Origin: Phoronis australis
Lineage: Eukaryota > Animalia > Phoronida
Assembly (NCBI GenBank): GCA_002633005.1
Contig: NMRA01000340.1
Span: 419,435-483,434, forward strand
Length of the DNA stretch: 64,000 bases
Reading direction: 5' to 3'
Below, in pieces: positions 1 to 13,100 of the stretch. The notes beneath the pieces are model-generated. The model saw only the letters and a program-made list of their open reading frames with translations. It did not search any database and was not told the DNA's origin. A program made the position numbers and the translations under genes. The stretch's first letter is position 1. Each line of letters starts with the position of its first letter.

Positions 1-930
1 GGTATCAATGTCACTGTTTTTCAGCATGTAGCTGGTTATCCTGCTTGACAGAACAGGTATTAAGACCTTGGCTTCTACACTAAGTAAGGAAATGAGTCGA
101 AACTGCTTGATGCCTTTTGAATCCTCTTCCTTGGGCATGTTACATCCATTTACTAGAATCCATTTCACAGTCAACGCCCCTTCCTTCCATACAATTCTGA
201 ACAGACTCCATGTTATGTGCAGCGTAGGGAAATTCTTGTATACCTAACATGATAATCCTCTTGGTGCTGGTGCTGACGTCGTGGTCGCTCTCATGACAAC
301 CACTTCTACTTCGGCTTTCCTGATGTTTCACATGCCAAACTCATTCTCTGGTAGTGCCGGATTATCCGTCCACTCGAACTGACTTACGATTCTTCCAGTC
401 GCGGATCGTTATGGGCTACATCCAGATGTGTCTGTAACTCTTCTTTCGTGTTCTTAAGAATAACGCTACGCGCATATTCTAGAAGCTAGGGTGTGAACTC
501 GTATCGCACGAGTTTCATGTAAACATTTTCCATTCGCGTCTCTTCTCTCTGTGCTTCTTTGCTGCTGCTACCGCCTTTCACAGTTTGATGAGCTCCTTCA
601 TTGCGTTATCCCTTAACTCCCCCAGTCTTCCCTTCTCAGCTTCACTGGCTGACTTCACCTGACTGTCTTTCTGTAGGGCTGTTATTCTTAGTTGCCTTCT
701 ATTCGGTCGCCTTCCTCGTTGCCTGGTTACCTGGTTACTCTTCACACCAAATCGTCCTACACAAATGCCGTAAAATATTGTCGCCATTGTTTGTTGAGCG
801 AGGACTGACTTAATTTATAAATTTGAATACTCTGCGGACGCCGGTATATATCCCACTCATGGTAAATCAACGTATGTTGGTCTCACTGCTTGCTCTAGTC
901 GCTGTCACGTGGGTTAAGTTTTTGTTTGCA
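1..930 (-). mobile_element. Degenerate non-LTR retrotransposon fragment, Hero-like clade (pre-RT region and start of the RT domain), inside an Amt intron; runs off the window start
   Basis: Minus-strand translation across stops and frameshifts gives QQTMATIFYGICVGRFGVK...RPNRRQLRITALQK...SAPAPRGLSC*VYKNFP...WSLFRIVWKEG...GCNMPKEEDSKGIKQFRLISLLSVEAKVLIPVLSSRITSYMLKNSDIDT. This matches the recalled SAPGP..VYK / PKEE..QFR.ISLL.VEGK / YIDT pattern of Hero-type RTs. In-frame stops show it is dead. Confidence 0.8.
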
Positions 931-1886
931 AAGTGGTTCATTCAATGATAATTTTCTTCAAGCTCACGGTTTCCAAATTACTCGTACTCATATAGTAGAA
1001 AACACTTTGTATTTTGGGAGTGACCCGTCACGTCTACGGATTTTAGAGGGACTCGTCATTCTATTTGAAAAACCTAGTTTCAAGACACTGGCCTCAGACC
1101 GATTTTGAAGTTCTATGCTGAGTCTCCATTGTCGTAGTCTTAGTTTCATTTAGTGACTTTGTGTCCCCGGTACTTTTGTAATTAGCTTAATGTTTAAGAA
1201 GCATGTGCACTTGAATCCAATTTTTGCACCTTTTGCGAATTCATTCTTGTTAGTGTTCCCTTCAGTGCACATGATAGTCTGACGTACTGGAATATGCTTA
1301 CTAATGTTTTTACCGCGTGAAATCATTTTTCCAACACTGGCGTTTCGAGATATACATGTACAGAGAACTGCCTCCTCGAGTTGTAAAATTTTGAGCGAGG
1401 GTTTGCTTCCCAACCATGCTTACAGTGTATACACATGTATGGAATTAGGAGCGAAAATAGATGGTACGTTTTCTTTTTTAGTAATTTATGTTACTTAATC
1501 CATTGTTTGTCCAAATATGCTTGTCTGTGTATATCGTTACCCGTGTACAGCTTTCTATATGCATTCTAGTGCAAATACATGTGTATGTAAGAGTGCAATA
1601 CAGTATTCGTTGTAAAGCAATTTTAACCACGTGTCGTGAACATAATTACGCTTAGATTCAAACACACTTTGAACAGGTTGGTATTTACATCTATACACGT
1701 ATTAGATGACATTGAGATTTACGCAATTTGATCACGTTTAGAGTCGCGCAAATTTTGATCAGGTAACACACCACACGTTTAGATTTCGTTGAGATTGAAA
1801 CAGTTCTGCCACATGGAGATTCACACTCGCTATGCTCACCTAGGCGTGGATTTACTGAATATTCAGGCATATTCCATTTTTCACAG

Positions 1887-4800
1887 GTGGGGATGGCTAG
1901 GCTTCAACTGTGGCAGCACGTTTGGCATTTCCGGCGGAAAGTGGAAACTTGCAGCACGCGCAGCCGTAGTTACAGGAATCTCATCCATGTCCGGGGGTGC
2001 TGTGGGCTTCATATATAGTTACTGTAAATGCCGCAAATATAAAATACCCTTATTGATCAACGGCATACTCGGTTCATTGGTCAGTTGTACAGGTAAGTAA
2101 GCGGTGATATAGACAATGTAAATGTTTCCTCACTGGTCACGAGCCTGTTGAAGCTAGCGTCGTGGCCATATGAAGTTAAACTGATGTAGGACCATATCAG
2201 CAACACTAAATACCTACAAAACTATAGAAGTTAATTCAGTAAAAGTTCCTGAAAATATATCAGCAACTCTGCAAATTTAGCTAATTACCTACAAAACTAT
2301 AGAAGTTAATTCAGTAAAAGTTCCTGAAAGCAGAAATTCCGTAGAATCAGATTTTTGACTTTATACAAATTCACCACTAATTTTGGTCACTTGACCTTGT
2401 TTTATAGGAAAATTTAGCAAAAAAAGAAATGCACATTCATAACAAAACAACAGGGTTAATAATATGACCAAATTTCGTATGATATAAATGTTCAAGACAA
2501 AATCTCAAACACACTGCTACAGTTTTCAAAATTATCGTTTCGTTTCCGTTTGATGGAAATTTATTTTTTTCATGAATAATTAAATAACTCCTATTTTGAT
2601 AGCCCTTCATGTAAAAGTGGAACAACTCAAAACCAACCGTGAGTCAGATATTTTACAAATCCGACGTTTCTGAAGTGCATCTCGATTTTTAGCTAAATTT
2701 CAGCTTCCCGTTTGTATGGAGTTTATGATTTAAAAAAGCCACGACTGGGTCATGGTATTTTCTCAATTAGAAAGCCTAAAAATCATCCAAAAGTCATCCG
2801 AAGCCTTCAATTGCAGTACGAACCTTAAAATAGACCAGTCAATTTGCCGTCTGCAGTAAACTTATCTCCCTTATCGCAAGAGCTGAACAACATTTGGATA
2901 CCTGATGTTTTCAGCACTTTAATGGAGACAGGTCGGGTAATACCTGAATGACAGCTAAAACTGACAGCCTCCTTTGAATTGCACGTAGCAAGGTCTACAT
3001 GTATACCCAGCCAACGTAGCATCCGCCATTTTTTCATAAAATTGGAAAGGTATATTCAACTGTGGCTCAAAAACGCTTGAATGCCTCGTTACGAGTGACG
3101 AATCGCCTGTGGGTGACAAAACCGACTGTTTTGCACTCGATCATTATACGTACAGGCAAGCACGCAACATGCATAATCAAGCATAAGCGCAGAAACTGAA
3201 GAGCATAATATCGCCATTGTTTGTTCTGTGCCCAGTTGCATGAAACAGTCCCAAATAGGAACTGAACTAAGTTCCCTAAATCAACTGCGTATTTTTAGAC
3301 TTGTGAAAACATCGATTATCCTTTCTTGTATTGTTTTAGTTTCATTACTACTATTATCGAAAATAAGTAGAGGTCGTTTCATGGAACACCCCCCCCCCCT
3401 TTAAAGACTGAGTCCCTTTTTATTTTCAATGAACTCTGGGCTTAGATTTTAGTTATATTAATAGAAAATGTCAAAGAGGAGCTCATAATAAAGATGAAAT
3501 GATAGAAAAATACTGCATCTGTGAGTTCATAAAGATCCAAATACGCAAAAAGAGTTAGTGACCTTAGTCGAGTCCCTATTTCGGACTGTTTCATGCAAAC
3601 GGCTGTTGAAGCCCACCACTGTTTAGGTGTGCTAGGAAGCTATTTACTTGCAATGGTGTAACCAACTAACCGCAAAACGTAATCCAAATTTCAGCCATCT
3701 GTGCTCTGGCGCAACCCTGGGAGGCTTTCATCATTGGAGGAGTAGGCGCCATCTTAGCTGAACTTACTGAACCCTTGTTAATCAAACTTAAGGTGGACGA
3801 TCCAGTAGGAGTTGTAGGGGTGCACGCGGTCTGCAGCGTTTGGGGAATACTGTCTGTTGGCTTCTTTGTTGATAACGTAAGTTTTTCTGGGAAATTTGTT
3901 TTTATTTCAGGGCCAGTGGCGGATTTAGGGGGGGGGGCAAGAGGGTCATGCCCCCTCACTAAAATTTTCCCAGGGTCCATTTGGTAGTTCGGGGATGCGA
4001 ATGTCTAACGGGCAAAATCCTGGCTAATACTCTGCGTTGCCCCCTCCCCCCAACACACAATCCTGGATCCGCCCCTGAGGGAAACACTCACAATGCTGGC
4101 ACAAACCCCGTTTTCAGAAAGTTGAAGAACCCGTCTCATCTTTCCGAAACATAGTGAAACGGACAGCTCGATCTTGTCTCAAATACGATTCCGTCCCCGA
4201 GGCCCGTACTCAGGTTCATTCGGAACGCTTCTGATGCTTTCCTAGCTATAAATTTCCCTTCGGCGGTGAATGTTATATTCTCGTGTGTGGACTTCAGTCG
4301 CACGACAAGTCATGGGACTTGCAAATTGGCGAATGATTGACGTATGACTGAAGTTCACGCACATCCAGGTAACGCTGAGGAGAAATTTGTGGCTACGAAA
4401 ATACTCGAGGTGTTCAGGACCCGTCAAATTATCCCTCGGAGGTGTTTCCAAAAGTGCGCACGTCAATCAAATTAATTGCAGTAAGGCAGGTGACCCTCAA
4501 ATTAGAGAATACTGCCAAATACGTCAGAATACGCCATTGATAGCAAACTTAAACAAGAGTTGCAGAAGATCAGGAGAATTGAGAATTACCGCCGCGTACG
4601 ACTTTGAGACCAGTTGGTCTTGGGTGTAATCTCTGCACTCGAAATCTAACTCGACATTATTTTCACCTTTTCCATTCTACAGTACTTCTGTGCGAACTCA
4701 ATATTACAGTCTGTCATCCCATATATGTGTAAATAACGATGCCATATCTACAGGATAAAAAGGCTATCCCACATATACACTGCTATTGCGCAGTCCTATC

Positions 4801-7800
4801 TCGAATTCATTTCACATGGGAACGTTCCAACACTATCTCCGGTCCCGTTGGGACATTCCCTGTCAGATAAAATGAATTCTCGATATGGCAGTAGTATTCC
4901 TATGTATGTGGGATAACCTATTCTTAGTCTATGCTCGAATACATATGGTTTACGCGATTGTCAGCCAAATGAAAGTTTGCACTTGACGACTCTAGATTAA
5001 GGCTATAAGTTTCAGTCTGAACTAGAAATCACGGGTTTTACTGGAATTCTCGCTTTTTACTCGAGATTTTAGGGGCCATCAAGTGCGAACTTGGACTACA
5101 CACTCATACGATACACTCGCCCACAGGATAATACGCACTTTCTTGTCTTGAGTTTGTATTCAAGTAGAACGAAAAATACATGATTTGTTTTCGAGTACAA
5201 ATATTAGTCCCCGATCGAGGCTGATATGCCAGGATTTTAGCCGTCTTTTGACCAAATCGCTTTGCTGTGATTATTCAAGTTCACACATGCGAGACTACGA
5301 AAGTACACGCGCGGTGCTCCGAATGAATTTAAGGCCTACTAAAATATCCGTGGTGTTCCGGATGTTATTTTGGAGGCAAACTAAGGATTGGGAATGATGT
5401 CGCCATACGACTTTTGGGACCCACTAGACTTAAGGCAGGTTCTTACCGTCTCTGGGTCAAATCCTTGTTATTATGGTTGACGTTAGCGCATGCGCATATA
5501 TATGGCAATTCAGGTGGAGCGAAATTAAAATACTTCTAAAAACCATGACGCAAGTAATAACTTGGTTAACACATAATTTGAAGCACGAATGAAACATCTT
5601 TCCTGTAAGAGCTCTTCTCGGTTACTACTCTTAGAGACGTCTATGTGACGTGTTGTGTAAACAACTAAAACCATTTAAGTCTTGTAAGTATTAGTATCCA
5701 ATCCATTAATGCCAAATTCTTGGAGTTTAAAGCTTTGATCACAGATTAGGTTGTAACTATATCTCATTTGACATACTTACGTGAAACATGACTCTCTTGC
5801 TCCGATGACTGATCACGATTTAGTTCACTTGAAAGACTATCGCACAAGTTTACAACTCACGGTGGTTTAATTACTTATGCCAAGAACAAAATTTAAATTG
5901 AACCCATTACAAAAACAAATAAGTTGATCACACTTGAAGGATTAATTATTTCATCCGCTAAGAATAAATGCTTTCTAAATTCTAATTAGTAATATTTACC
6001 GACCTCTGACAACAGCAATTACGCCTTATTTTTTAGGAATCTTTTCATTTCAATTCTTATGTTTCCCAATGAATCCACTGTAACTACCAACACTAACATT
6101 ATTTTCCAAAATAAATGTATCTAAGAACAATGCATTTTTAACCTTTCCAACCCAGTTACAAAAGTAACACAAAAGGATAATACGTGGGTCGTTGAAAATA
6201 GCAAACTTGTGCTGAACAAAGACTTGGACAAAGTTCCAAACAGTTACAGTTCTGTCTTTCCCGTTTTCTCCAGAAATCTTGAACGTGTGGTCTGTGAAAA
6301 ACTATACAACTAATTAAAAAGCAATTCCCTTTTCTGCCACCACCAATATGGAATTAGACTGAACCACCACTCTATGTGATCTAGTTGATAGGATAGACTC
6401 TAATCTGTTATACAAACTTTTAAATTTCATTGATTGGAACAAAGCTTTCGACATCATAATTCATGCAATATACCTCTACACAGGTTAAAATTTCCTGCTC
6501 AATCACAGAAGTTTGTAAGCTTTTATTTGCCGTATGACTACGATTAGGCCACTTGTCCGATAATGTGTCAAAAAAAAAACAAAAAAACAAACGCTCAGTA
6601 ACTTCAAGGCTTCGCACGATTTTTTAAAACATTCTTAGCAGATATCCGGACACTTGTGTCACACAAAACTGTTGTGTTTGCAATTCATACTGTGTATACA
6701 TAGTTTTGCTCCACTTGAGAAACATCGATCTGGGTAGAGTTCAGTGACGCTAATTAAGACCTCGCTAAAAAGCAAGACTTCGCGAGATTACGTGAGATAT
6801 TGCAGTGTATTTTAAATGAGAGCACGTATATAATTGAGTAGATTTTAGCGAGGTCCTGGAGTAGGTCCTACCGTTATTAAAACCTACCCAGATCTCAGCA
6901 ATGCACCATTTCGCCCCCGCAATCAATGCCAATGTCACTAGTACTTAATTTTTCGTATTACGCAAGTTTCTCGACAGCGGATTTCCAAGTAGTGTTTTTC
7001 TATGGTACAGGCTGTAGTGTCTGCAGAGCGATCATTTCGATATTCTGAGGTTACCAAACCAGTTTGTACAACATTGTTTAGCAATGTAATTATTATCTTC
7101 TTTAACTTATCTACACGAATGATAGTTTGCTTCAATATAATAAATGAATTTGCAGGTAGATGTGTTATCACCGTCTCCCTCTTTGTCTCTGAAGAGACGC
7201 TTTTTCTGCAAATTCCTGTTTCGCGGTTTGGGTGTCGAGTTGTATGAGTTTTAGCATTTACATGTTTTTACTTTGTGTGTGTCGATTTCTTTCAAAGCTG
7301 TTTAACACCATTTTAAAATGACCTGTAGAAGTTATACTGGTTTTTGCACATTGTTGCCTTACATGAAGAAGTTCAAGCCAATTAAATGCTTCATAAACTT
7401 TGCGACCCACGACTCGAGAGTTTTTGATTGTAGTGTACTATACAACGCACCAAGTTGATCGCCAAAATGCTTCATTCAACAGGACAAAATCATGGGCCTT
7501 ACCCAAGGCCGGAAAGGAGTGTTCAAAGGCGGCGGTTGGTATCTACTCGGTGTACAGATACTAGGCATTGTCGTCATTGCCTTGTGGACTGTCGTTACAT
7601 CGTTTATTTGCCTAAAGGTAGGAATAAGTTATTACTCTCCACGCAGCACTGAAGCAGGCTACAGCTGTTTCAGGCTTTCATAATCAATGGATCTAGATTG
7701 GTGTTGTACTTTCACGTTTACAGAAAGATAACTACATAAAATAACGATTTTTAAAATATAATGAAAGTTACATTGGTGTTCTAGGTTTCAAAACGAAAGT

Positions 7801-8636
7801 CATCATTTATTTTCGTTTTAACTGGAATTTAAATGCGCTTTGTTGCCAAAAGCTTACGTTTAGTTTTAACATGTTTTCATTAGAAATATGTCTCAGATTA
7901 GATGTGTTTTCAGAGAATTCGAGACAAATTTCACTAAGTTGACTTTACCAGATTTAAGCGTTGAGCAGGGCAGGGCAGCCCAAAAAGTCACGAGAGTACC
8001 GGTATAGAAACAAGTTGAGACCGTTTTTTAACGGTTTCTGGTCTATTCCAAAATTAAGTCGTTTTGCTAGAAGTTACTTTCTTAAAGTGTTAGCTTTAAG
8101 TGACAAAGTTTAAATTCACAATGCTTCCAAACCCCAAAACAAACCTACTTCTTGAGTTGCGGATAATGGAACTCAGAGCATTCAGTAGCAATTGACTATT
8201 TGACGTTGACACTCAAATGGCCATACATTTATAGGCTCTTGACTTGACGTTTGGACTGCGAGTTTCAGCTGAAGAAGAACTGATGGGTGCAGATTTTGTG
8301 GAGCATGGGATAAAAACAAGCTTAGACGTTGAGATCTTTGAGGAGCCGAAAGACAAAAGCCACTTGCTTTGTCCGCGAATGATCAAATTCCCTCCAAGAA
8401 TCTGTGGATGTCTAAGGTTAAGGAGGAAAAAAACAAACGCTAAGAAGCAGACGAAAACTACCGCAACTACTTTGGTAGGAAGTAGATCTAATCAGGAAAG
8501 GTTTGAGGATAGTGGGCACATGGTGACAGGCGAGGACATGAATGGGCATGTGAACAAAGTATTTCATGTCAACGATGAAGTCATTCCTAACCAGGATGAC
8601 CAAGTTACGAAAGGATCAACAAGTAGTTGGTTATAG
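1887..8636 (+). CDS. amt: Ammonium transporter (Amt/Mep/Rh superfamily, Amt type), 3' part; upstream exons lie outside the window
   Basis: Four GT-AG exons with consistent phases: 1887-2092 (WGWLGFNCGSTFG...INGILGSLVSCT), 3695-3876 (ICALAQPWEAFIIGGVG...KVDDPVGVVGVHAVCSVWG), 7483-7617 (DKIMGLTQGRKGVFKGGGWYLLGVQ), 8235-8636 (ALDLTFGLRVSAEEELMGADFVEHG...stop). The WxGFN, DDP...VH and LRV..EEE.GxD..EH motifs are Amt signatures. Confidence 0.93.
2200..2630. mobile_element. Partial copy of a fold-back/MITE family also at 31620-31980 and 41645-42275
   Basis: Ends in ...ctattttgatagcccttcatg, the reverse complement of the gaggggctatcaaaa... arm at ~31634 and ~41657. Contains an internal 44-bp direct duplication (tacctacaaaactatagaagttaattcagtaaaagttcctgaaa at 2211 and 2286). 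Confidence 0.6.
3233..3602. mobile_element. MITE-like element with long terminal inverted repeats
   Basis: ttgcatgaaacagtcccaaatagg... at 3236 pairs with ...cctatttcggactgtttcatgcaa ending at 3598; imperfect pairing continues inward. Confidence 0.7.
3914..4077 (+). mobile_element. Short non-autonomous DNA transposon (CAGTGGCGGAT...ATCCGCCCCTG TIRs)
   Basis: TIRs cagtggcggat / atccgcccctg with poly-G and poly-C subterminal runs. The same family occurs inverted at 8908-9052 and as a stub at ~18811. Confidence 0.75.
4762..4918. repeat. Imperfect palindrome / MITE remnant
   Basis: ggctatcccacata pairs with tatgtgggataacc; gaattcattt pairs with aaatgaattc internally. Confidence 0.6.
5670..6410 (+). 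mobile_element. Highly degenerate CR1/L2-like LINE remnant (endonuclease start and RT motif)
   Basis: Reads SISIQSINAKFLEFKALI near 5687 (APE N-terminus-like) and SVFPVFSRNLERVVCEKLYN*LKSNSLFCHHQYGIR at ~6251-6360 (cf. PISLLPVFSKILEK...QYGFR). Confidence 0.65.
6728..6894. mobile_element. MITE-like inverted-repeat element
   Basis: gatctgggtag pairs with ctacccagatc at the ends; gacctcgctaaaa pairs with ttttagcgaggtc internally. Confidence 0.6.
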
Positions 8637-8907
8637 AAAGGAACAAGCGAGCTCAACGGAATGGCAATTCATTCTAGATTTGTCATGCAGTTACCATTTT
8701 AGTGAAAGTTCTGAGACCGAAATCTGACTCGAATGTTCCAGAAGTTTTGTATCACCACACAGTCCACGTATGACAAGTCAGGCACACGTTTCTCAGGACT
8801 CGGGTGCATCAGTGAGGTTTTGTAATGTTCTCAATAGGTTAATGGTTTGGTACAGAGCCGGCCAGTAAAGCTTATGCGTGACTAAATGAATTAAGCAGAG
8901 AATTGAT

Positions 8908-9052
8908 CAGGAACGGATCCAGGATTTTGAGTTAGGGGGGGGGGGGGGNAGTGTATTAGCCAGGATTTTGCCCGTCAGACATTGTCCAATGGAATCTGGA
9001 AGAATTTTAGAGGGGCCATGGCCCCCTTGGCCCCCCTCTAAATCCGCCACTG
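8908..9052 (-). mobile_element. Second, inverted copy of the 3914-4077 MITE
   Basis: Contains attagccaggattttgcccgt, the reverse complement of acgggcaaaatcctggctaat (~4008). Ends ...aatccgccactg. Flanked on both sides by ttgat (possible 5-bp TSD). Confidence 0.75.
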
Positions 9053-9216
9053 TTGATTGAGATACCTAGATTCGAAAGGCGGGTGTAAGTCTCAAAAGCC
9101 AAAAGTCTGGAAGTCCCGATGTTTGGGATGTCCGTCTGACAGTAAACTTTATCGTGTAGTCTGGAGCATGTAGGATTATTGTAGTCTAAGAGTTTTAAAT
9201 CCTAAAGACCAGTTAA

Positions 9217-10367
9217 CTCATTCCTCCCTGATCACGCCTTATGGCGTGACTGTTTATTTTCACTCAGGGCCTGATGCCGTCTGGAGGCGTTATCTAAACA
9301 ATGTATCTCACAGGCGGATCACGCCTTCAGGAGGGATAGAAGGCAGCAATTTATTGGTTTAAGTTTAAATATATCTAGGGTATTCCCAGTTTTCTATCCA
9401 ATGAGGATTGAGACACCATACTCTATGTTAACTTCTTGTTTGTGAAGTTAATGCCTATTGGCTGTTATTTCTGGAATTTAGAACCATTTCTTCACAAGCA
9501 AATTATCAATTCAAGGAAAAACCAGGAAGCGTGTTAGCTTTGTAGTGATTGTTGTGGTAACTTTTGAAAGGTTATAGAGATATTCCTCCCTGAAATATAG
9601 TATGTTTGTTTGATCTGAAGACTAGAATGAAGCTAATTGCCCTGAACTGTAACTTAATTGGGGTTACATAACACTGCTGTCACCACTTAATCATCTGCTA
9701 GGGTGCTCCTGTTTATTTTATTTGAACTGACCAGAAACAATAACAAAATGTTCAATTACTAGGAACATTCTACTCTGTGACTAGCACTGTGCACACACTC
9801 ACTTGAAATTGATGCCTTGATATTATACGGACATCATCTTTGCTACTCTCTCACAGTTCTTGAAGTTTTTATTATAGAGGATAGTGTGGATACTGATGAC
9901 ACTGGTCACATTTAGATATAGACTTCAGTGATTATGGATGTGACAGTGTGGATACTTATAGCACTGAGTGGTCAGATTTAGATACAGATTTTAGTGATCT
10001 AGTTTATGATGAAGAAATGCTACACGGAAAACTTTCTTGACACGTTTTCTGGAAATTTAAATGGATTATTTGTAAAGAAATGTCTTTGTTTCTGGAAAAC
10101 AAAAAGTAAAACTACTTGTTCAACCCTTTATCGATATTGAACTTGGATAAATTTTATATCAACATGAAGCTCATTTACTCAAGATGTATTGCTGAAAATT
10201 TGGTAAGTATATGTTTACTAATGACTGAGTGATGAGGTTTTAATTATGTGCAGTGCTTGTGACCTAGTTCTGAGTGAAATACCCTCCGACTTCAAGGGGG
10301 TAGACATTCCACAGCTCAGCCAGGCTACGAGGCAATTTATTCCATATGGTGCTCAGGGTCGAATGAG
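9217..10367. mobile_element. Non-autonomous piggyBac-type element (~1.15 kb) with TTAA target-site duplication
   Basis: TTAA|ctcattcctccctga ... tcagggtcgaatgag|TTAA: imperfect 15-bp TIRs and TTAA on both sides; no transposase ORF inside. Confidence 0.7.
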
Positions 10368-10480
10368 TTAATACTACTTTCCAGCAACAGAGCTTAGAAA
10401 CACCTTGCGTTTCTTTTCCTTATCGGATCTCCTGATAATCGGACCATCGGACCTTAGAAACGCTGAGTGTACAGGCTCCG

Positions 10481-10481
<1 letters not shown>

Positions 10482-10529
<48 letters not shown>
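10482..10529. repeat. (AAT)n microsatellite
   Basis: About 16 perfect AAT units; explains the poly-Tyr in ORF 10420-10707. Confidence 0.95.
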
Positions 10530-10530
<1 letters not shown>

Positions 10531-12174
10531 GTACACCGCGCGCGGAGTCGAGTAGATACTGTCTGAAATGGTGTTCAATATTTCTGAACTGGGTAAAAGA
10601 TGACTAGTTATTTCGATTCTGATCTTTACGAAACGAAATGCATGGGCAATCCGTCGTTTGAGAATACAGACAGTGTTGTACAGTGTACATGTAGTTGGTT
10701 TGTACAAATTTGAAACATGAGCGGTTTACACAAAGGCAAAATTGCTTAAAAAATAAATGGATTTCTTCTAAGTTAGCAATTGTACGTTACCCATAACAAC
10801 TGGTGTATCGCAAAACTTCTCACAACCTTTCAAGATTCAAGTTGTTATTCTTCACTAGTACTTTTTTGTTTTGTTTAGTTTTGCTTTGTTTTTAAGCGGT
10901 TGAAAGTCTAGGATTGTTTTGCATATCACACGTTCTGGATCATGACTCTCACTTTAACCAAAGTATAAGGTCTGTCATCAATAGTATCCCATATTTTATT
11001 TTCGCGTCGTTGCTTGGCAACGTTTTGTGTCACTTCACGTAATAATGATCTTATGATCGGAACGGCGTCATGTGAACTTATTAGCTCACGATTAAACGAC
11101 GTTAACATAAAAACGGGCATATTGTACACTACCCGAGGTTTCTCCCATGGTACGCCGCTAAAGCGAGTAAGGTTTTCGCCGATTTTGGTTTCGATATGGG
11201 TATATTTTCATTAATCTTTTTGGGTAGTATTCTGTTTAAGTCTGGTATTGCTATGGGTCGACTTTTTATCTAGGAGGTTGATTAGTTTATTTTCTGTATC
11301 AACTTTAAATGTGCATTGTCAGCTTCTCAGTAATTAGTTTTTTTCAAATGGAGATTCTTTGCTGTTCATTTGTTGTAAGGTATTGAATTATGTCGTTTTC
11401 GTTCCAGACATTGAAAGGGTCATTTTTGAATCTAAGTATTGGAATGGTTTGGTTTTGAACCAGGTATTGAAATGGGTTTATGTTTGTTATTGATATTTGT
11501 ATTATTTTGCCATCCTCTGGCCTTTGTCCTCACGGAGGCACATCTGTACCCAAAAGGCCCCCGGGTTTCACTTATATGTAGGCCTTTGGCAGCTTCTGCA
11601 CACTAGTTAAACTCGATCGTAGTGACGTCAATGTGTTATTTCTTGACAGTGTTCACGCCTCGAGGCCAAGTAACAAGTGGGCACGTTTTTGTATTAAAAT
11701 GGGAGTAGTCCTACTTTCCAGGGTCGTTCAATAGCCTCGTTGATCCATTACGATCAGTTTCCTATAAGCCGAGTGGAAATGATCAAAGCCGAAAGCAACA
11801 AACTGGAGAGGTTGTTGTGAGCTCGATCGATTGTGTCAATTGAGAAGCACTCAAGCTACGAAGGATTTCAACGAAACCACAGACAAATCATTTAACCACG
11901 AGTCGGTATAACAGCGTAAGCTCTATCAGTGTAACGTATGTGCTAATCTTGAAAGTATGGCGTAGACTTCTTTGTTGATCGCCGCCATTTTGCTATACGC
12001 AAAGGTTGCTGGGAACATTTTTTCGTGATCGGAGGAGATTCCCAACAACACATCTGAAAGTAGTGGAAGGTTAATTCGATCTGCCTATACCTCTTGTATA
12101 CGCCATATAAGTAAAGAAGGGTCCACTGCATACGCCATAATTTTCATAGATATGCTTGAAGCAAAAAACGATTA

Positions 12175-12380
12175 GATATATTGTCTCCGTGCCCGAAGTC
12201 TGGCGAGGTTCGCAATATCACCACTGCTGTAGGTGACGCGCGTGTGATTTGGGGGCTGCTTGTTGTTCGACCGGGGTCATTATTTGTCTGACCCGATAAA
12301 AGGTCAAACAGCGGGTAATCACGCGCGTTACATAGTGACTAACATGAAAACTTCGCCCTATTTCCGCACATCTATGTCTC
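12175..12380. repeat. Imperfect palindromic element (MITE-like)
   Basis: gtgacgcgcgtgtgatt pairs with aatcacgcgcgttac; ggcgaggtt pairs with aacttcgcc. Confidence 0.5.
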
Positions 12381-12749
12381 TGACTTCCGGTGCATCTATG
12401 AAAATATTTACTGGCGTAGGCAGCTCTCCCTTATTTACTTACATGTACATATTAGAGGCATGTTCCAACAGATCGAAGTAAGTTCCTATGCCATTAGGTG
12501 CGGTGAGTGGGTGTGATATTCGACCAAAAGGACAGGTACGTTCAAATCCGCTTATGTGAGGTGTCACCTAGCTATCACTTGCAGAACAGAGATGTCTGAA
12601 TTATGATAGGGAGTCTCACCTAAAGCCGGCCAAAGAGCGGGTCAATTATGCTATTGTAGAGGACCCCACAAGAAGAAGGACGAACACTGGGACCTCTTGT
12701 AATACTCCGAGGACCGTGACCAAAGGTAAACAAACAGTGGCGTATGGCG

Positions 12750-13100
12750 TACCCTATATTAATGTTAGGAGTCCTTAAAACGGGGGGTTATTAATATAGC
12801 GCGCTTCGCTCTGCGGAGGCCTTAAAGCAGGGCTTGCTATAGACAGCCCCGCTCTGTGGCCGCCTTCGAGCAGGGCTCTATATCAATATAGTTGGTCTCG
12901 CTCTACGGCTGCCTTCGGGAGGAGCCTTCCGTATTAACATAGAAGGCCTCGCTCATCGGCAACCTTGAGGCGGGGAACGCTATATTAATATAGACTGCCT
13001 TGCTATTCGGCCACCTCCGGGCGGGCCCTCTACATTGTATATTAATGTAGGGGTCCCGCTTTTCGGCGAATATCTCTATATTAATATAGAAGTCCTCACT
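12750..13100. repeat. Degenerate ~50-bp minisatellite built on the palindrome CTATATTAATATAG alternating with GC-rich segments
   Basis: About 7 variants of ctatattaatatag, separated by cc(t/c)cgct...cggc..cctt...g(c/g)ggg segments. Confidence 0.7.

Noticed and set aside
10420-10707. ORF with a poly-tyrosine tract
   Set aside because: It is only the reverse strand of an (AAT)n microsatellite.
12750-13100. CRISPR array
   Set aside because: The repeats are only 14 bp and degenerate, the spacers are homologous to one another, and there are no cas genes.
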